64,000 bases of DNA from Batkoa obscura (Eukaryota): positions 186,001 through 250,000 of the forward strand of contig JASVEC010000019.1 in assembly GCA_030770535.1 (NCBI GenBank), given 5' to 3'. Positions 12,420-27,913 of this stretch are shown one piece after another. The notes below the pieces were generated by a model. That model was not told the origin of the DNA. It ran no database searches and worked only from the letters and a program-made list of their open reading frames with translations. The position numbers and the translations under genes are program-made. Position 1 is the stretch's first letter. Each line of letters starts with the position of its first letter.

Positions 12420-13820
12420 ATGAATAACCCCAACCTCTACAATCAAGGGTACGGAAACGAACGATATATGCAAGGATACATGCAAGTACCACCAGGAACA
12501 AATAATGTTGCCAATAATCCTAATTTAGGCAACAATGGCGTACCACCAGGGCATTATGGTATGGTCCAAAACAATGAAGCTTATTATTATAATTCTATGC
12601 AAGGACAGAACCTTCCTTATATACATCCACAATTACAAAATATGCCTATATCGCAAGTAAATCCAATTTCCATGTTAAATCAACATGCACAACAAATGCA
12701 AAGTAATAATATGTATCAGCATGGGGGTAATATTTCTAATTTAAACCCAAAGAACAAAGTATTAGATATGGAAACCTTATTTTCAGCGGTTAATATGTTA
12801 TTGGACCCAGCTACTTGTAAATTAGCTGTTCCCCAATTATTAGAATATAGAGAAGATTATGATATTTTAGGTCCAATGGTTTGGTACTCTTTTGGGGCAA
12901 TGTCGGTCCTAATGCAAGAGATTTTTAAAGCTTATCCTAACTGTTATGGTTCTACATTGGGTAATGAACAGTCAGTCCATATTGGCCATGTGTTAACGTT
13001 GCTTCAGGTGATTGCTACCTGTGAAAGAATTAGACCTTTATTTGTTACTTGTAAGTAGACGTTTCAATTGGTTTTAGCTTTGAAATTGAATTTAATTTTT
13101 TCTAGCTGCCATCCCTCATTTTTTATTACCCTTTTTAACAATACCGAATAAATTACAACCCATTGAGCATATTCGTACAAGCACCCTTGGTGTGTTTGGG
13201 GCTTTAGTTAAGGTAAAGTTATTTTCATTTATTAAATGATGTATGTTATTTATAGTTTTATAACTTTAACTTAGTGTGATGATTTAAAAATAGTTGAGGT
13301 CTTAATCAAAATGGATTTTTTACCTATTGTATTAAAATTAATTGAAACTAAAAGTTATGGAGCGGATTTAACAAAGACGGTAACTATTTATTTTTTATCT
13401 GTATTATAATCTTATTTGTGGTTTATATAATTTGTATTTTAGATTGGTCTTTTTATCTTAGGGAAATTACTAAATCATAAAACAGTGTTCGATTTAGTAC
13501 TCAACTCCCAAGAATATTATTATTTTACAATATCAGGATTATTAGCAGCTACTTCATTTTTAAAAAATGAAAAGTCCTTTAGATTATATAAACAATTATT
13601 AAAAGTATACATCAAATTATGTGAAAGTGCTTAGTAAGCCTTAATTTTATATATATTGAAGGATAATGTACTAATGAATTTTTTTAGTGTTAGAAAATAC
13701 CTTCAACTTCACTTACCAGAATGTTTAAGAGATAATACATTTAGTGAATATTATGAGGAAGATGAATCTACAAGAAATCAAGTACAAAATTTACTTCACC
13801 TTATTAATAGCGAGAAATAA
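12420..13820 (+). CDS. CAF40: CCR4-NOT subunit Caf40/Rcd1/CNOT9 homolog (divergent), 5 exons
   Basis: Exons 12420-13050, 13106-13212, 13275-13379, 13443-13633, 13688-13820 with GT-AG introns; motifs WYSFG..LMQEI..YP, AIPHFLLPFL, IRTSTLGVFGALVK, LPECLRDNTF; N/Q-rich N-terminus. Confidence 0.88.
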
Positions 13821-14540
13821 GAAAAAGAATGATGATTTTTTTAAATTGTTGATGACGCTTAATGAGTTCGTTTAAAGTTTATTGTCTACCTTCTTTTCTT
13901 TCTCTATTTCCCAATTTTCTTCTTTTTAATATTAATCTACTTTTCTATAATTTAGATTTTTTAAAAGCGTTTACTATTGCACTTTTAATAAAAAGTAATT
14001 TTTTATTTTCTTATGTGGAAAAGTTTAATCAACTTTCTATTATACTATAAAGGCATTACAATTATATATTAAAAGGTAATAATAATAAATATATTTAAAT
14101 CAACGATTTGATGTAAAGACTAAATATAGTGTTGTTTTTATTAGTATGTACTAATTTATAAATGTATCAAATAAAATAAGAACACAAAACTACGAGATGA
14201 TCAAAGTGGATTTATTAATTAGATATACTAAAGTAATTAGATTATCGATTGTACTTATATAACAGATAAGGAAAATAATAAAATACACTTTAAGTCATTT
14301 ATAGAAAGTATTAAAAAAGGTATCCTATAAAAATAGTTCAATTGAAATAAACAAGGTTTCATAAATTATATAATAATATTGAATCAATTGTTTCATTCAA
14401 AAACACGAATTATAGATATTAATGACAATAATAGAAATCATAAAAAAACACATAAATTAGATCGTTTCATCTCAATTTAATCTACTTTTAATAAATAGCT
14501 TCAAACATAATCTGCATCACCATAATCTTTCATCAAAAAC

Positions 14541-14845
14541 TTATTTTTTAGGTTCTCTTACAATTTGAAATTTATCATGTTCATTTAATACTTTTTGTTG
14601 TTTACCATTAATAACTAACAAAATAAAAATTCATTAGTTAAAACCATTCTTTGACAAAATTAATAAATTGAATTTACTTCGTTGATAAAGTTCATAAGAG
14701 GTTACCATTACTAAAGGTGTAACAACAATAATTGTCAACCATCTATATAAATTAAGGGTTTTATTATATTGGAGTGGATAAAAGGTTGTGAGATAAATTA
14801 CGCTTTGCCTTGTTTTCCTAATGAAGTGATACCAAAGTTGGTCAT
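14541..14845 (-). CDS. 60-aa single-pass membrane micropeptide, 3 exons
   Basis: Exons 14845-14802, 14742-14678, 14614-14541 with GT-AG introns of 59 and 63 nt give MTNFGITSLGKQGKAWLTIIVVTPLVMVTSYELYQRIINGKQQKVLNEHDKFQIVREPKK*. Confidence 0.78.
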
Positions 14846-14991
14846 TTTATAATAATAATAATTATAATTAAAAATTAAATCAAGTTTATCTTAATCTTAA
14901 GTTTAATTAATCATCAAAGTTCATTTTAATTGGTTTAACTGGAAATTTAAAAACTAGATATCTTCAATATTAAAAAACGTTATAAATATAA

Positions 14992-15615
14992 TTAATCTTT
15001 ATTAAAAATCATTTTCCTATAAAACTTTAACTCTTCAATACTTTCCAAGATATCATCTAAAGCTCTGTGATTTAATTTTTTCTTTGGTGCCATAGCAGAT
15101 TTTTCTGGTAGCCATCGACTAGTTAATTCCTTAACAACACTAACATCTAAATAAATATGTATATTAAAAATCCTATCATGAAAAAAGATATTCAAAGTCT
15201 CTATAACTAGTTTACCTATGATCCTATAATGTAAAAAGTCAATAATCTTTGGCATATATTTAATTAAAAAAAATTTATCCATATGAACTGAATTTCCTGC
15301 TAATAAAGCAACTTTCTCTTTTTTAATATGCTTCTTCAGAAACTCTGTAATAACTTCCTCAGCTTTAGCTTCTGTAATAGTAGATTGTAATACTTTCTCT
15401 GTTAATCCAGATTCTTTATGATGTGTGGTACACCATTCGTCCATGTTATCTAATAAAGATTTTTCTTGTTTGATGATCAAATTTGGCCCTTCGATAGTTT
15501 GAGTTAAATTATCATCTGTTATAATAACACTTATTTCTAATAATTTATCTGTTTCAATATTTAATCCACTCATCTCACAATCAATCCATACTAAAGGGTC
15601 ATTGATTTCCGTCAT
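14992..15615 (-). CDS. REX2: Oligoribonuclease (DEDDh), 2 exons
   Basis: LVWIDCEMSGL, WCTTHHKESGL, LAGNSVHMD, HRALDDI; the 69-nt intron 15147-15215 (GTAAAC...TTAG) restores YRIIDVS. Confidence 0.95.
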   Translation of the reverse strand: MTEINDPLVWIDCEMSGLNIETDKLLEISVIITDDNLTQTIEGPNLIIKQEKSLLDNMDEWCTTHHKESGLTEKVLQSTITEAKAEEVITEFLKKHIKKEKVALLAGNSVHMDKFFLIKYMPKIIDFLHYRIIGKLVIETLNIFFHDRIFNIHIYLDVSVVKELTSRWLPEKSAMAPKKKLNHRALDDILESIEELKFYRKMIFNKD

Positions 15616-15768
15616 TTTTCAAAAAAGTCAATTTTTCAGTTTTATTATGGATTTTTAAGCAAAAATTTAAGTTAGCACTTTTTAGTTTGAACTAAAAATC
15701 TTATTTCAATACTAAAATGTAAACATTGCCATTCTGTTTTATTTTGCCTATTATCTTTTTTTAGTATA

Positions 15769-15866
15769 TGGGAGTGTTTTTGACTTCATTATTTTTTCCA
15801 TTTTTTAAGCGCTATTTAAGCGGAAAATTTGCTAGTAAAATTTTTAAACACAAAAATACATCCCCA
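15769..15866 (+). mobile_element. MITE family A in the divergent REX2/RPN1 intergenic region
   Basis: TA-TGGGAGTG...ACATCCCCA-TA. Confidence 0.8.
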
Positions 15867-16167
15867 TATTATTATTCAAAACTTCACGTATTTATATCAA
15901 TAAAAATAATCAATGTCCTATACATTAACATTTAATATCTATAATATTACTTCCTATTAGCTAAAAGTTTTAAACCATTCTTTACTAATGTATGAAAAAG
16001 CACTAAAAAATCTTCCAACCAATTAAATTAATAAAACTTCAAAGACATTCCCTTTAAACGAATCAAATTATGGGACTAGCTTTAAGCAATTGAATGATTA
16101 CGTATTTTCCAAGTTGTTAAGTGAAATAAAACCAAGCATTAAGTTGTTTTTTAAGTAAAAATACAAA

Positions 16168-19100
16168 ATGACATTAAAAGAAAGTGAGATCAAGGAGACT
16201 AACGCTAAGTCAAAAAATGACTCTAAAAAAGAAGTTAAAGAAGAAGTAGATGAATTAAGTGAAGAAGATCAAGAATTATTAGATTCTTTAACCAAAATAG
16301 TGGAAACTTTAGAAACTGGGAACGATAGTGAACATGAAGCTAGTTTACAAGAGTTACATAAAATCATCAAAACTAGTACCAGTTCAATGACTTCAGTACC
16401 TAAACCATTAAAGTTTTTAATTCGTTTTTTTGTGCGCTTAGAAGAAGTTTATGAAAATTGGTTAGAAGACGATAGTAATAGAAAGGTTTTATTGGCAGAT
16501 GTATTATCTATTATTGGGATGTCTTATGGAAAGCAAGACGATAGGATAGCTTTAAAATATCGTTTATTAGGTTCAGAAGAAGATATTATTTCTTGGGGTC
16601 ATGAATATATTCGTACTTTAGCTTTGGAAATTGGTCAAGACTTAGGGAAAATTAAAGATACATTTACAGACTATGATGAAATTCAAAACCATCATAAAAG
16701 ATTATATCAATTAACTAAACAAATTGTTCCTTTCTTTTTAAAACATAATGCTGAAGCTGATGCTGTGGATTTATTAATTGAATCGGAATATATTAGAGAT
16801 ATTATTGATTTAGTAGATGAAGAAAATTTTAAAAGAGTTTGTCTATATATGAATAGGTAGTATTATATTTTTAAATAATTTTTAAATTTTTTTAATCATA
16901 ATTATTATAGTTGTGCTAGTTATTATCAACCCCATGAAAGGACCGAAGTTTTAAAAACTATTTGTGCTATTTATTTAAAATTCAAAGACTATCCAAATGC
17001 AATGATATTTGCTATTAAATTAGATTCTTATGAATTAATGGAAGAAGCATTTTTAAGTTCAGCCGAGGATAAGTAAATAACAATGTGAACTGTAATAATA
17101 AGTTAATATTAATACGTTTAAATTATAGAGCTGTACAAAAGCAAGTTAGTTATATTTTAGCACGTCAATTTAAAGCTATCGATACTGATGATGAAAGGAT
17201 GATTAGTATCATTACTAATACCTTATTGCATCAAAATTTTGAATATATGGCAGACAAATTAGATTTTAAAGAACCTAAATTACCTAAAGATATTTATAAG
17301 GTACATTTAGAAAATCATCGTGGTGGTTATGGTGGCTCTAACCTAGATTCTGCTCAATTTAATTTAGCTTCTTCTTTTGTTAATGGTTTTGTTAATGCTG
17401 GTTTCTCCAATGACAAATTAGTAGTCAATCCATCAGAACAAGATGACGATTGGATTCATAGAAATAAAGATGATGGTAAGATTATTTAATATACTATACC
17501 TCGTTATAATAGATAATGTAATTAATTCACTGTTTTTTAGGTAAATTAAGTGCAACTGCTTCTATTGGTTTAATTTTACTTTGGAATACGGATGAAGCTT
17601 TTGCTACTATTGATAGATACACTTATTCCGATGATCCTTATATTAAAGTAAGTATTTGATTATAATATTTATTACTAATCATAGTATTAATGTATTATTA
17701 TAAATAGGCAGGTGCTTTCTTAGGTATGGGGATGGCATGTAATCGACTTAGACTTGAATCAGATCCAGCACTTGCTCTTTTAGGTGAACATGTTAATTCA
17801 AATGATTTTTATTTAAGAATGGCTTGTATTATGGGGTAATTTGAATAACAATGATATATTATATCATATTAATATATTGTCATCTAGTCTTGGTTTAGCA
17901 TATACTGGTTCTGATAACCCTGGATTAACTGAATTATTGAGTCCTTTAGTAAATGATCCAAATAGTGATATAACTGTTGCCTCATTAGCTGCCTTGTCTT
18001 TAGGTTTAAATAATGTTGGACAATGCCATAATGATGATGTTACTGGACCCATTTTACAAACTTTAATGGAAAGACCAGCTGAAGACTTAGATTCTCCATT
18101 TTGTCGTTTTATGGGACTTGGATTAGCCTTAGCTTTCTTGGGTAAACCCGAAAAAATTGAATCCATTTGTGAAACCATTCGTGCAATTTCTCATCCAGTC
18201 GGTAACGCTTTCCTTAATTTACTTAATGCTTGTGCTTATGCAGGTAGGTTAATTATTTTGATATTTGTATACTATTCGATACTAACATAATATCATAGGC
18301 ACTGGTGATGTAGATATTATTCAAAGTTTATTGAATGAATGTAATGAACATATTGATCCTAAAAAAGATAGTGATCTTCATCAAGTATTTGCTGTATTAG
18401 GTATGGCTTTAGTAGCTTTAGGTGAAGATATTGGCTCTGAAATGGTATTAAGAATCTTTGGTCATTTGGTAATTACTATATTATATTATATTAACATAGT
18501 AAATAACTTATCTATAATAGATGCATTATGGAGAACCTGTAATCCGTCGTACTGTACCATTAGCCCTTGGACTTTTATGTGCTTCTAATCCAAAGCTTAA
18601 TGTCTTAGATAATTTAAGTAAATATTCTCATGATAATGACTTGGATGTTGCCCTCAATGCTATATTTGCTATGGGATTAGTAGGTGCAGGTACCAATAAT
18701 GCTCGTATTGCTCAAATGTTACGTCAATTAGCTGTCTATTATGCTAAAGAAAATAATTGTCTATTTATGGTTCGTATTGCTCAGGTAAGTTTTGTTAATC
18801 ATTAGTATTGTGGAAGGGGTATTTAACTTTTGATTTCAATATATAGGGCTTAGTTTATATGGGTAAAGGAACGATGAGTCTTCATCCATTCCATACGGAT
18901 CGTAATATCTTATCTTCTAATGCTTTAACTGGTTTATTAGCCTGTTTACTTGCTTTTACCGATTCCAAAAATTTAATACTAGATCAAGCAAAACATTTCT
19001 TATATTATTTAGTGACTGCCATGTATCCAAGATTTTTGATTACAGTTGATGAAGAAGGAGAACATATTGAAACTACAGTAAGAGTTGGACAAGCAGTTGA

Positions 19101-19293
19101 TACCGTTGGACAAGCAGGTAATCCAAAAACTATAACTGGGTTTCAAACACATGAAACACCAGTTTTATTATCGTATGGTGAAAGAGCTGAATTGGCTACA
19201 GATGAATATATTCCAGTTAAAAGTATACTCGAAGGTGTCGTTATCTTAAAGAAAAATCCAAATTTCATACCTGAAGTTAAAGCGGAGAAATAA
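16168..19293 (+). CDS. RPN1: 26S proteasome regulatory subunit Rpn1, 9 exons
   Basis: [65 protein letters not shown]; introns 16857-16910, 17073-17128, 17476-17540, 17648-17707, 17836-17887, 18244-18298, 18469-18520, 18785-18846. Confidence 0.96.
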
Positions 19294-19900
19294 AAAAGGG
19301 CTAATATGATTGATGAGTAAGGGATTATAAATTTAATTTTTAAAGAAATTAAAATAAATGAAAAATTGAGAAAGCTTATTGTTTTTAGTATAGCTTTTTT
19401 TGAATAAATGATCATTTATTAACTATGTTAATAGCAATATTTAAAATTTTGATTAATTATATCTACAAAGGTGATTGATTATAAAGAGTATTTTATTTGT
19501 TATAAGCTTTAAAAATAATTAAGAAATAAATAGCAAAACAAAATGCTCTGTTATTTAGAATTTTAATTTGAATGTTAGATTTTTTGGGCAAATACAAGAT
19601 GGTAGAGGTATAGTACTGGCTTTGTGAAACATTTTTACTGCTCAATTATTTTACATTTGAACTATAAAATAGTTTAGTGTTGCAACCAGTAATGTTTGCT
19701 ATTAAGTAATAAATCAAAAACTTATATTAAATGATTTCAATTTTAGTTTCAATAAATAGTATTAAATAAAGTTATATTTGGCACTATAGCCTCTAATATT
19801 TCACTATTTTGCTTCAGAACTTTAAAAAGAGATTTGTACATATTTTAATTTTGGAGAAGTATAACTCCCAAAAGTGTCTTGTCAGAACAGGTTATAGTTA

Positions 19901-20027
19901 GATGACTTTTGTTATTTTTAATTTGCACTTGACTTTTTTTAAAATGAACTTGGTGCCTATATCAAGTTTTAAAGTTGCTAAATTCATATTAAAAAAAGTT
20001 AAGCGCAAATTAAAAATAAAAGTCATC
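19901..20027. repeat. Fold-back palindrome (~50-bp arms), probable MITE
   Basis: GATGACTTTTGTTATTTTTAATTTGCACTTGACTTTTTTT versus AAAAAAAGTTAAGCGCAAATTAAAAATAAAAGTCATC. Confidence 0.7.
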
Positions 20028-21217
20028 ATCGCACTGTGCAATTTACCTAGTGTAAGGAAATCTTTTTAAAAATTAAAGTCTTTATTTAAATAAATCAGAT
20101 CACATGTAGTAATTAGCAAAAGTTTAAAAATAAATGTAATTTTCATATGTCTGTCTTTTACAGTTCTTAAACATTACATCCTAAATTACAAACTTTAATC
20201 ATAAATTAATATTTTACTATCAACATCATAATGGAACCTCTAGCGCTTTCAAGCTATTGAATCTCAATATTATCTTTATCTATTTTTAAATCTAATTTAA
20301 AAATTAAAGGTTTAATTTTTGGATTAAACATAACCAATAATGAGTAACTTTTTTAAATATAAGATATCAGTTTACTTTAATTAGTTAGATTACTAATGAA
20401 TATATTATATTCGATTGCTTAATTTTGGTTTTCATATAGTATAATAGATAACATTGTAAGCTTAACATACGAAAGACAAAATGCTCAAAATTTTTTGAAA
20501 ACATTTTCTAGATACAATACTATTTAAGTATAAAATAAAGAACTTTAATTTATTAAAGATCAATAACAATGTTTACAGATTGTTTTATAAATAGTAAATT
20601 ATATTGAAGTATATGATAATGTTAATATACCGAACATGAATCAACCTAAGATTTATTTATAGAATTTTATTTTTTATTCAAAAATTAAATTAAGCTTATC
20701 TATTCTAACAATAAACTAATAGTTTGAGATAAGCAAAAGTATACTTTTGTTCAAGTTATTGGATAAATTTTAATTGCGGTCTAATTTTTCTTTATTCTAT
20801 ATTAATAAATTTCAGTTAAATAAAACTCAAAGTTATTTTTAATATTTATTCTAACAAATTTAATCCTATTTTTAAATTCTTATTCTATTGGTGATAACTC
20901 GATACGTTTTGTTAATTTTTTTAATTTTCTCTGATCTTTATAGAGTGAAGTGGCTTTTAATTGGTTCTGTTTTACAATCCACCAACAGAAGATTGATAAG
21001 AAGGCAATGACGTCGACTTAGTTTCAGGGGAGAAAAGGAGATTTTAGAATTCCATGTGTGAATATTAAAACACTATAAATAGCAATTCAAACAAATCATA
21101 ATCCATATTCAATTTTCATTCACTTGTACTAGTTTAGAACTTCTAAAATCAATAGTATAAATACCATTACATTCTCCATTTTAAAATCTTTTTTCTTACA
21201 AAACTAAAACTAACTAA

Positions 21218-23381
<2,164 letters not shown>

Positions 23382-24233
23382 TTTTGTGCTTAATTTATCC
23401 TTATTTTATTACTTTTGAGATTGAATTTATAAACTATTTTAAATAAATAAACTTTTAATAGTTAACTGTCACTTATGTTTATAAGTATAAAAATGTCTTT
23501 TTCATTATCATTCTGTTCATACTAACAGCACAATTATAAAAGCTATTATGATATTGTTGTCTGAAAGACATACTCATAGATCACCTCTATATTAATTTAA
23601 ATGTGAGTTTTATAATTTTATAGTTTTATAGTTTTAGCTATTTGTTGGCTTATAGTCAAGACTTTATTAATTATATCACAACATTTAATTTACGAAACTA
23701 TCAAATTATGTAAGAAAGTTCATGTTTAAATTAATTTTAGTGTCTTGATGATTTTCTATGAAAAGGGGATTTTGATTTCCAATAAGAAAGATTAAAAAAA
23801 GACAATTTGGTAAAAAAAACTTCTGATTTCATTCATTCATTTTTATGCAGCGTAATTTAATTTTCTCATAAGTGTTGGGACAAAAAGACATTTGCATACA
23901 AAATAGACTATTACTATTTTATTGCACATTTTTACAATAAATTGTCACAACCAGACAAATGATGGGATACTGTTAATGTTATATATAAGTGATTCTAGAA
24001 TTCTAGGATACTTTCTAAGGTTTTACTCCTCATTAAACTATTTATTAGTTTTTTAGAGGATTCAACCCAATCATAAATTTATTAGGTTAAACTACATAAT
24101 AATGTGTTAAAGCTAAAATCAATGATGAGGTTAACTAAATGGTACTAAATTTAATAGTATCTCAAATTAAATCAAATCATACAAATCAAATAAAAATGAA
24201 AAATTAGCTAATTTTAATAACAATTATAAAAAA

Positions 24234-25031
24234 TTAAATACTGCTTGTGTCTGAAGATCTTGAAGAAAGCATAGAAATGGATTGGGCACCAAAACTCAAT
24301 TCTAATCTTTCACGAGTATAAAAATACTCACTGCCAATTTCTTCAGTATCTTCATCCAAATCACTAGGATCCCCACCGATTAAAGCATAGATTTCCCTTA
24401 AGCTAGGGAAATGTGCCATTTTTTTTGGTCGAAAATCATAAATCATTCGACCTTCCGGATCAATAACAAAGGTACCACCAAGCTGACGTAAATCACCAGT
24501 AAGGTTATTAGGGACCCCTTTCAGTTTTAAACGTAGCAGTATTTTCATAAAGTACTTGGACATCATACAGGACATTTGATATAACCTAGTGATCCTCGTT
24601 AATCCAGCAGCTTTATAAACTTTTCTTTCTGGATCTAAATAAATATCCCATCGCCAATATCCTAACGATAAAAAAGAGTGTAAATCCACATCTTCAAACG
24701 CTATAGCTATTAGACGCACATTGTGTTTCTCAAATAAAGGTTGCATATCTGACATCATTTTAGCTTCTTGTTTACATAAACAGCAACCTAACCTTGATAA
24801 CACTTTAATAATTACTGTTTGTCCTTTCCATATGTCACTCATTAATACATCTTCTCCATGAATCGTTTTTATTTTCAAGCCCTCGAATAGGTTTCTTTTG
24901 GCTACTTTCGTTTTAAATTTGTAGTACGATGCTATCTCTCTTATTGATCGTGAACAGTCAAGTACCTCATAGTTAGTTAATATTGGTGTGCTTGGATAGC
25001 TGTAGCATAGGCAATGAGTGCTTTCGGACAT
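24234..25031 (-). CDS. Peroxiredoxin-like 2 (PRXL2/FAM213/AhpC-TSA_2) protein, paralog 1
   Basis: RLGCCLCKQEA (CxxC), IYLDPERKVYKAAGL, GDLRQLGGTFVI. Confidence 0.85.
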   Translation of the reverse strand: MSESTHCLCYSYPSTPILTNYEVLDCSRSIREIASYYKFKTKVAKRNLFEGLKIKTIHGEDVLMSDIWKGQTVIIKVLSRLGCCLCKQEAKMMSDMQPLFEKHNVRLIAIAFEDVDLHSFLSLGYWRWDIYLDPERKVYKAAGLTRITRLYQMSCMMSKYFMKILLRLKLKGVPNNLTGDLRQLGGTFVIDPEGRMIYDFRPKKMAHFPSLREIYALIGGDPSDLDEDTEEIGSEYFYTRERLELSFGAQSISMLSSRSSDTSSI

Positions 25032-26435
25032 TAGTTAGTATATTAGGTAGATTAAATAGGATAATTTTTTTGAAATAAGAAAGGTATTAAAGGGTTGTTT
25101 AAATAGGATTAAATTATGGCAAATATCAATTATAAAGGTATGAAATATTGGGATTCCAGTCTAAAAATTTGTTGTAAATTAGTAAACTTTAACTTCTTAA
25201 TTTGGATGAAATTGCATTTTGCACGAAATTCTTATTTATAAAAATAGTAATAGTTTAAATTTTATATTAAATTTTCATATAAATATTATTTTTTTCCACT
25301 TATTTATTTATCATTAATATTACTTACGGTGTTGATCTTAATCTATTTATAGTGAATTTTTAAAGGTACAGTTTTAGCTTAAGTGTTAACATTTTAACTA
25401 GTTGAAATGTAATTATAATACAGTTATTAATTAATTTAAAGGCTCATCGAATACATTGATATAACGCTTTAATAATCAGGATGGTCTTATTTCTATACCA
25501 CTTTTGTAGAATAGAGATATAATCTAAAAATGTTTATGGTTTTATAAAATGTGATCTATTAAAAGAATTCATACAATTAAATCAGCATTGAAGGTTTTAT
25601 ATTAATTTGTATAATTACGGAACATCATACTATATTAAAATAAATGATTTTTTTAATATATTTGATGAAAATAATATTAAATTTCTATTATACAATTTAC
25701 TCATTTAAATAAGTAAATCTTCAACTCCAAAAGCCTTTTTTGAAAGTCAACTCCTCTTAAAAACTCCTAATTCATTTAAAATTTTCCGCTTCCTTCATTC
25801 ATGTTTATGTAATAAAATATTGCCTTTTATTTTTGGTTTTATAATTTCAAATGCTAATGATTATTGTTTATTAAAAAATTTAAACAACTAAACTTTCAAG
25901 CTATCAATTTTTATTATCCTTTCGAGATTTGGTTATATAGCCTTTTCTCCCTTTCTACTATTGGTAAATTTAAAGCTAAATAAATATAATATTTTCAATC
26001 CAATTCAACAGATGAGTTACTAATCTACTGACTTGTCTAATACTCTACTGCCCTCCATCTTTAGATCTTTATAAGTACTAAAATAGGTTACTCAAATGTA
26101 TTAAGTTTCTCCCTTTTTTGGGTTTTACTGAACCATTTTTAAGATTTTCTCATTGACTTACATTGACAAAAATCCTCATGCTTTGCATAGCATTCGGGGT
26201 TATAAACGATGGGTTTACAGCTTCTAGTTTAATCCGACGGAACTATATTTCCTCATTTAATCCCAACTTTTTCACCGCCCAGTAGGAAACCCCCTGAAGA
26301 CCAGAAGCAACTTGTACCTCACTTTGCATCTTAATATCCCTTAAAGGTAAAAATCAATTGATTCAGTTTCTTCTCTTTCATGAAAGCTCCATTGACGGTT
26401 TGTCTCTTAAATTGAGTGACTCAAGTATTAAATTT

Positions 26436-26535
26436 AGGGTCGTTTTTTTTGGCTCTATGAGTTTTTCCATTTCTTAAGCGCTATTTGAGCGGAAAGGTTG
26501 TTGGTAAAATTCTCAAACACAAAGATTTATCCCTA
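26436..26535 (+). mobile_element. MITE family A (diverged)
   Basis: TTAAGCGCTATTTGAGCGGAAAG core and ATCCCTA end. Confidence 0.65.
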
Positions 26536-26676
26536 TTTTTTAGTGTATCTAGTAAAGCACTTCGGGTGTAAGCATTTCAATAAGGAAAAATAGATCTTTT
26601 GTTTGGTTGTTCTAAGTGGATTTTACACTGTAAGCATTTATGATTTGAGAAATTCTTTAATAATTTATATTATAAT

Positions 26677-26823
26677 TATGGCTGTTAAATTTCAATTGTG
26701 CACCAACTAGTATTTACTTATAGTAAATAATTTGTGTATTATTGGTTTTTATAGCTCAATTCTCGATTTTTTATTTTGGAGTGAGCATTTGGACATTGTA
26801 CAATTAAAATTTAACAGCTGTAT
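26677..26823. repeat. Inverted-repeat-bounded element
   Basis: GCTGTTAAATTTCAATTGTGCAC versus TTGTACAATTAAAATTTTAACAGC. Confidence 0.55.
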
Positions 26824-26999
26824 AGCTGTAATAGAAAACAAAATGAAAAATAAATAAAAATTAGGATATTCAAATATATTAAGCTTGCTTTAATAAATTA
26901 GCATACTAAGTTAACACGCTAAACCCCAATAATTTCAGTACCTCAAAAACACCGTATTTAAGTATCATATAATAATTTATTTTAACTTCATATTGTAAA

Positions 27000-27913
27000 G
27001 ATAAACTTAATACTAATTTTATCGCATATTTTGTCGATTTTTTTGTTAACTTGATATCAATTATTTTCATTTTATCTTGCTTTCTATTATCCCCTATTGT
27101 CGCCTATGATAATAAAGAGCTATATTATTTTATTACTCATACATTATCGCTTTGTATATTGGTAAGAAATTTTATAGTTTGCTAAAAATATTTCTTGCCT
27201 TAGTACTAAGTTATAACTCACCATCGTTATGTTATTTATATCAATGATTCAATACATTTGGTATCTCAATCTCATTATAATATTCAACAACAATAGCAAT
27301 GATCTATTTCTTAGATATAAAGCGTCAATATGGAATTATGGAAATATTAAGGTATCCTTTATTTATAATTATATTACTAGTATTTTAACAATAAGACTAT
27401 TGGTTTTAATGGATAATAAAATCGACACTGGTGATAACTATGAGTACAAACCAAGGAATGCTATTATATATTAGGTTTTATTTTATGATTAATTAGGAGT
27501 ATTTGTTTCAATAACTATTACATGAACCATGCATATAATTGTAGCTTATCACATGATAGAAAAAGAAGAAAATTATTAAAATTAACCTCATGCTTTTAAT
27601 AGCAGAGGATCTGTACTAAAGTATTACATTCTTTCCAGATTGACTTTATATCCCTTGGTCTCTCTTCTTGCCTATTGTGTGATTGTTTTTCACTCCATTA
27701 GCCTATTTTTTAACATCTCAATCAGTCTTGATACCTAAAAAGCTTTATGCATTGTATCTATTTTTTCTTATTAAAACACAAGGGTTTATTACTTCTGTTT
27801 TATACCTTAATAATACTGCTTTATTAGAAGAGATAAATGTTATTGCTGATAAAATTTACAACAATCCCTGTAAATTAATAAAATTTACATATCATACTAA
27901 TTATATTCAGTAA
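27000..27913 (+). pseudogene. Probable 7TM receptor (Git3/cAMP-receptor-like) pseudogene
   Basis: Hydrophobic segments with LCYLYQ*FNTFGIS, ILSRLTLYPLVSLLAY and QGFITSVLYLNN, broken by several in-frame stops and frameshifts; 5' boundary approximate. Confidence 0.55.

Noticed and set aside
25990..26420. GC-richer stretch with a faint retro-protease-like translation on the minus strand
   Set aside because: Interrupted by stops and lacks a DSG/DTG motif; cannot be assigned
27229..27913. Stop-codon reassignment to explain the interrupted 7TM frame
   Set aside because: TAA, TAG and TGA all occur along with frameshifts, and neighbouring genes use the standard code
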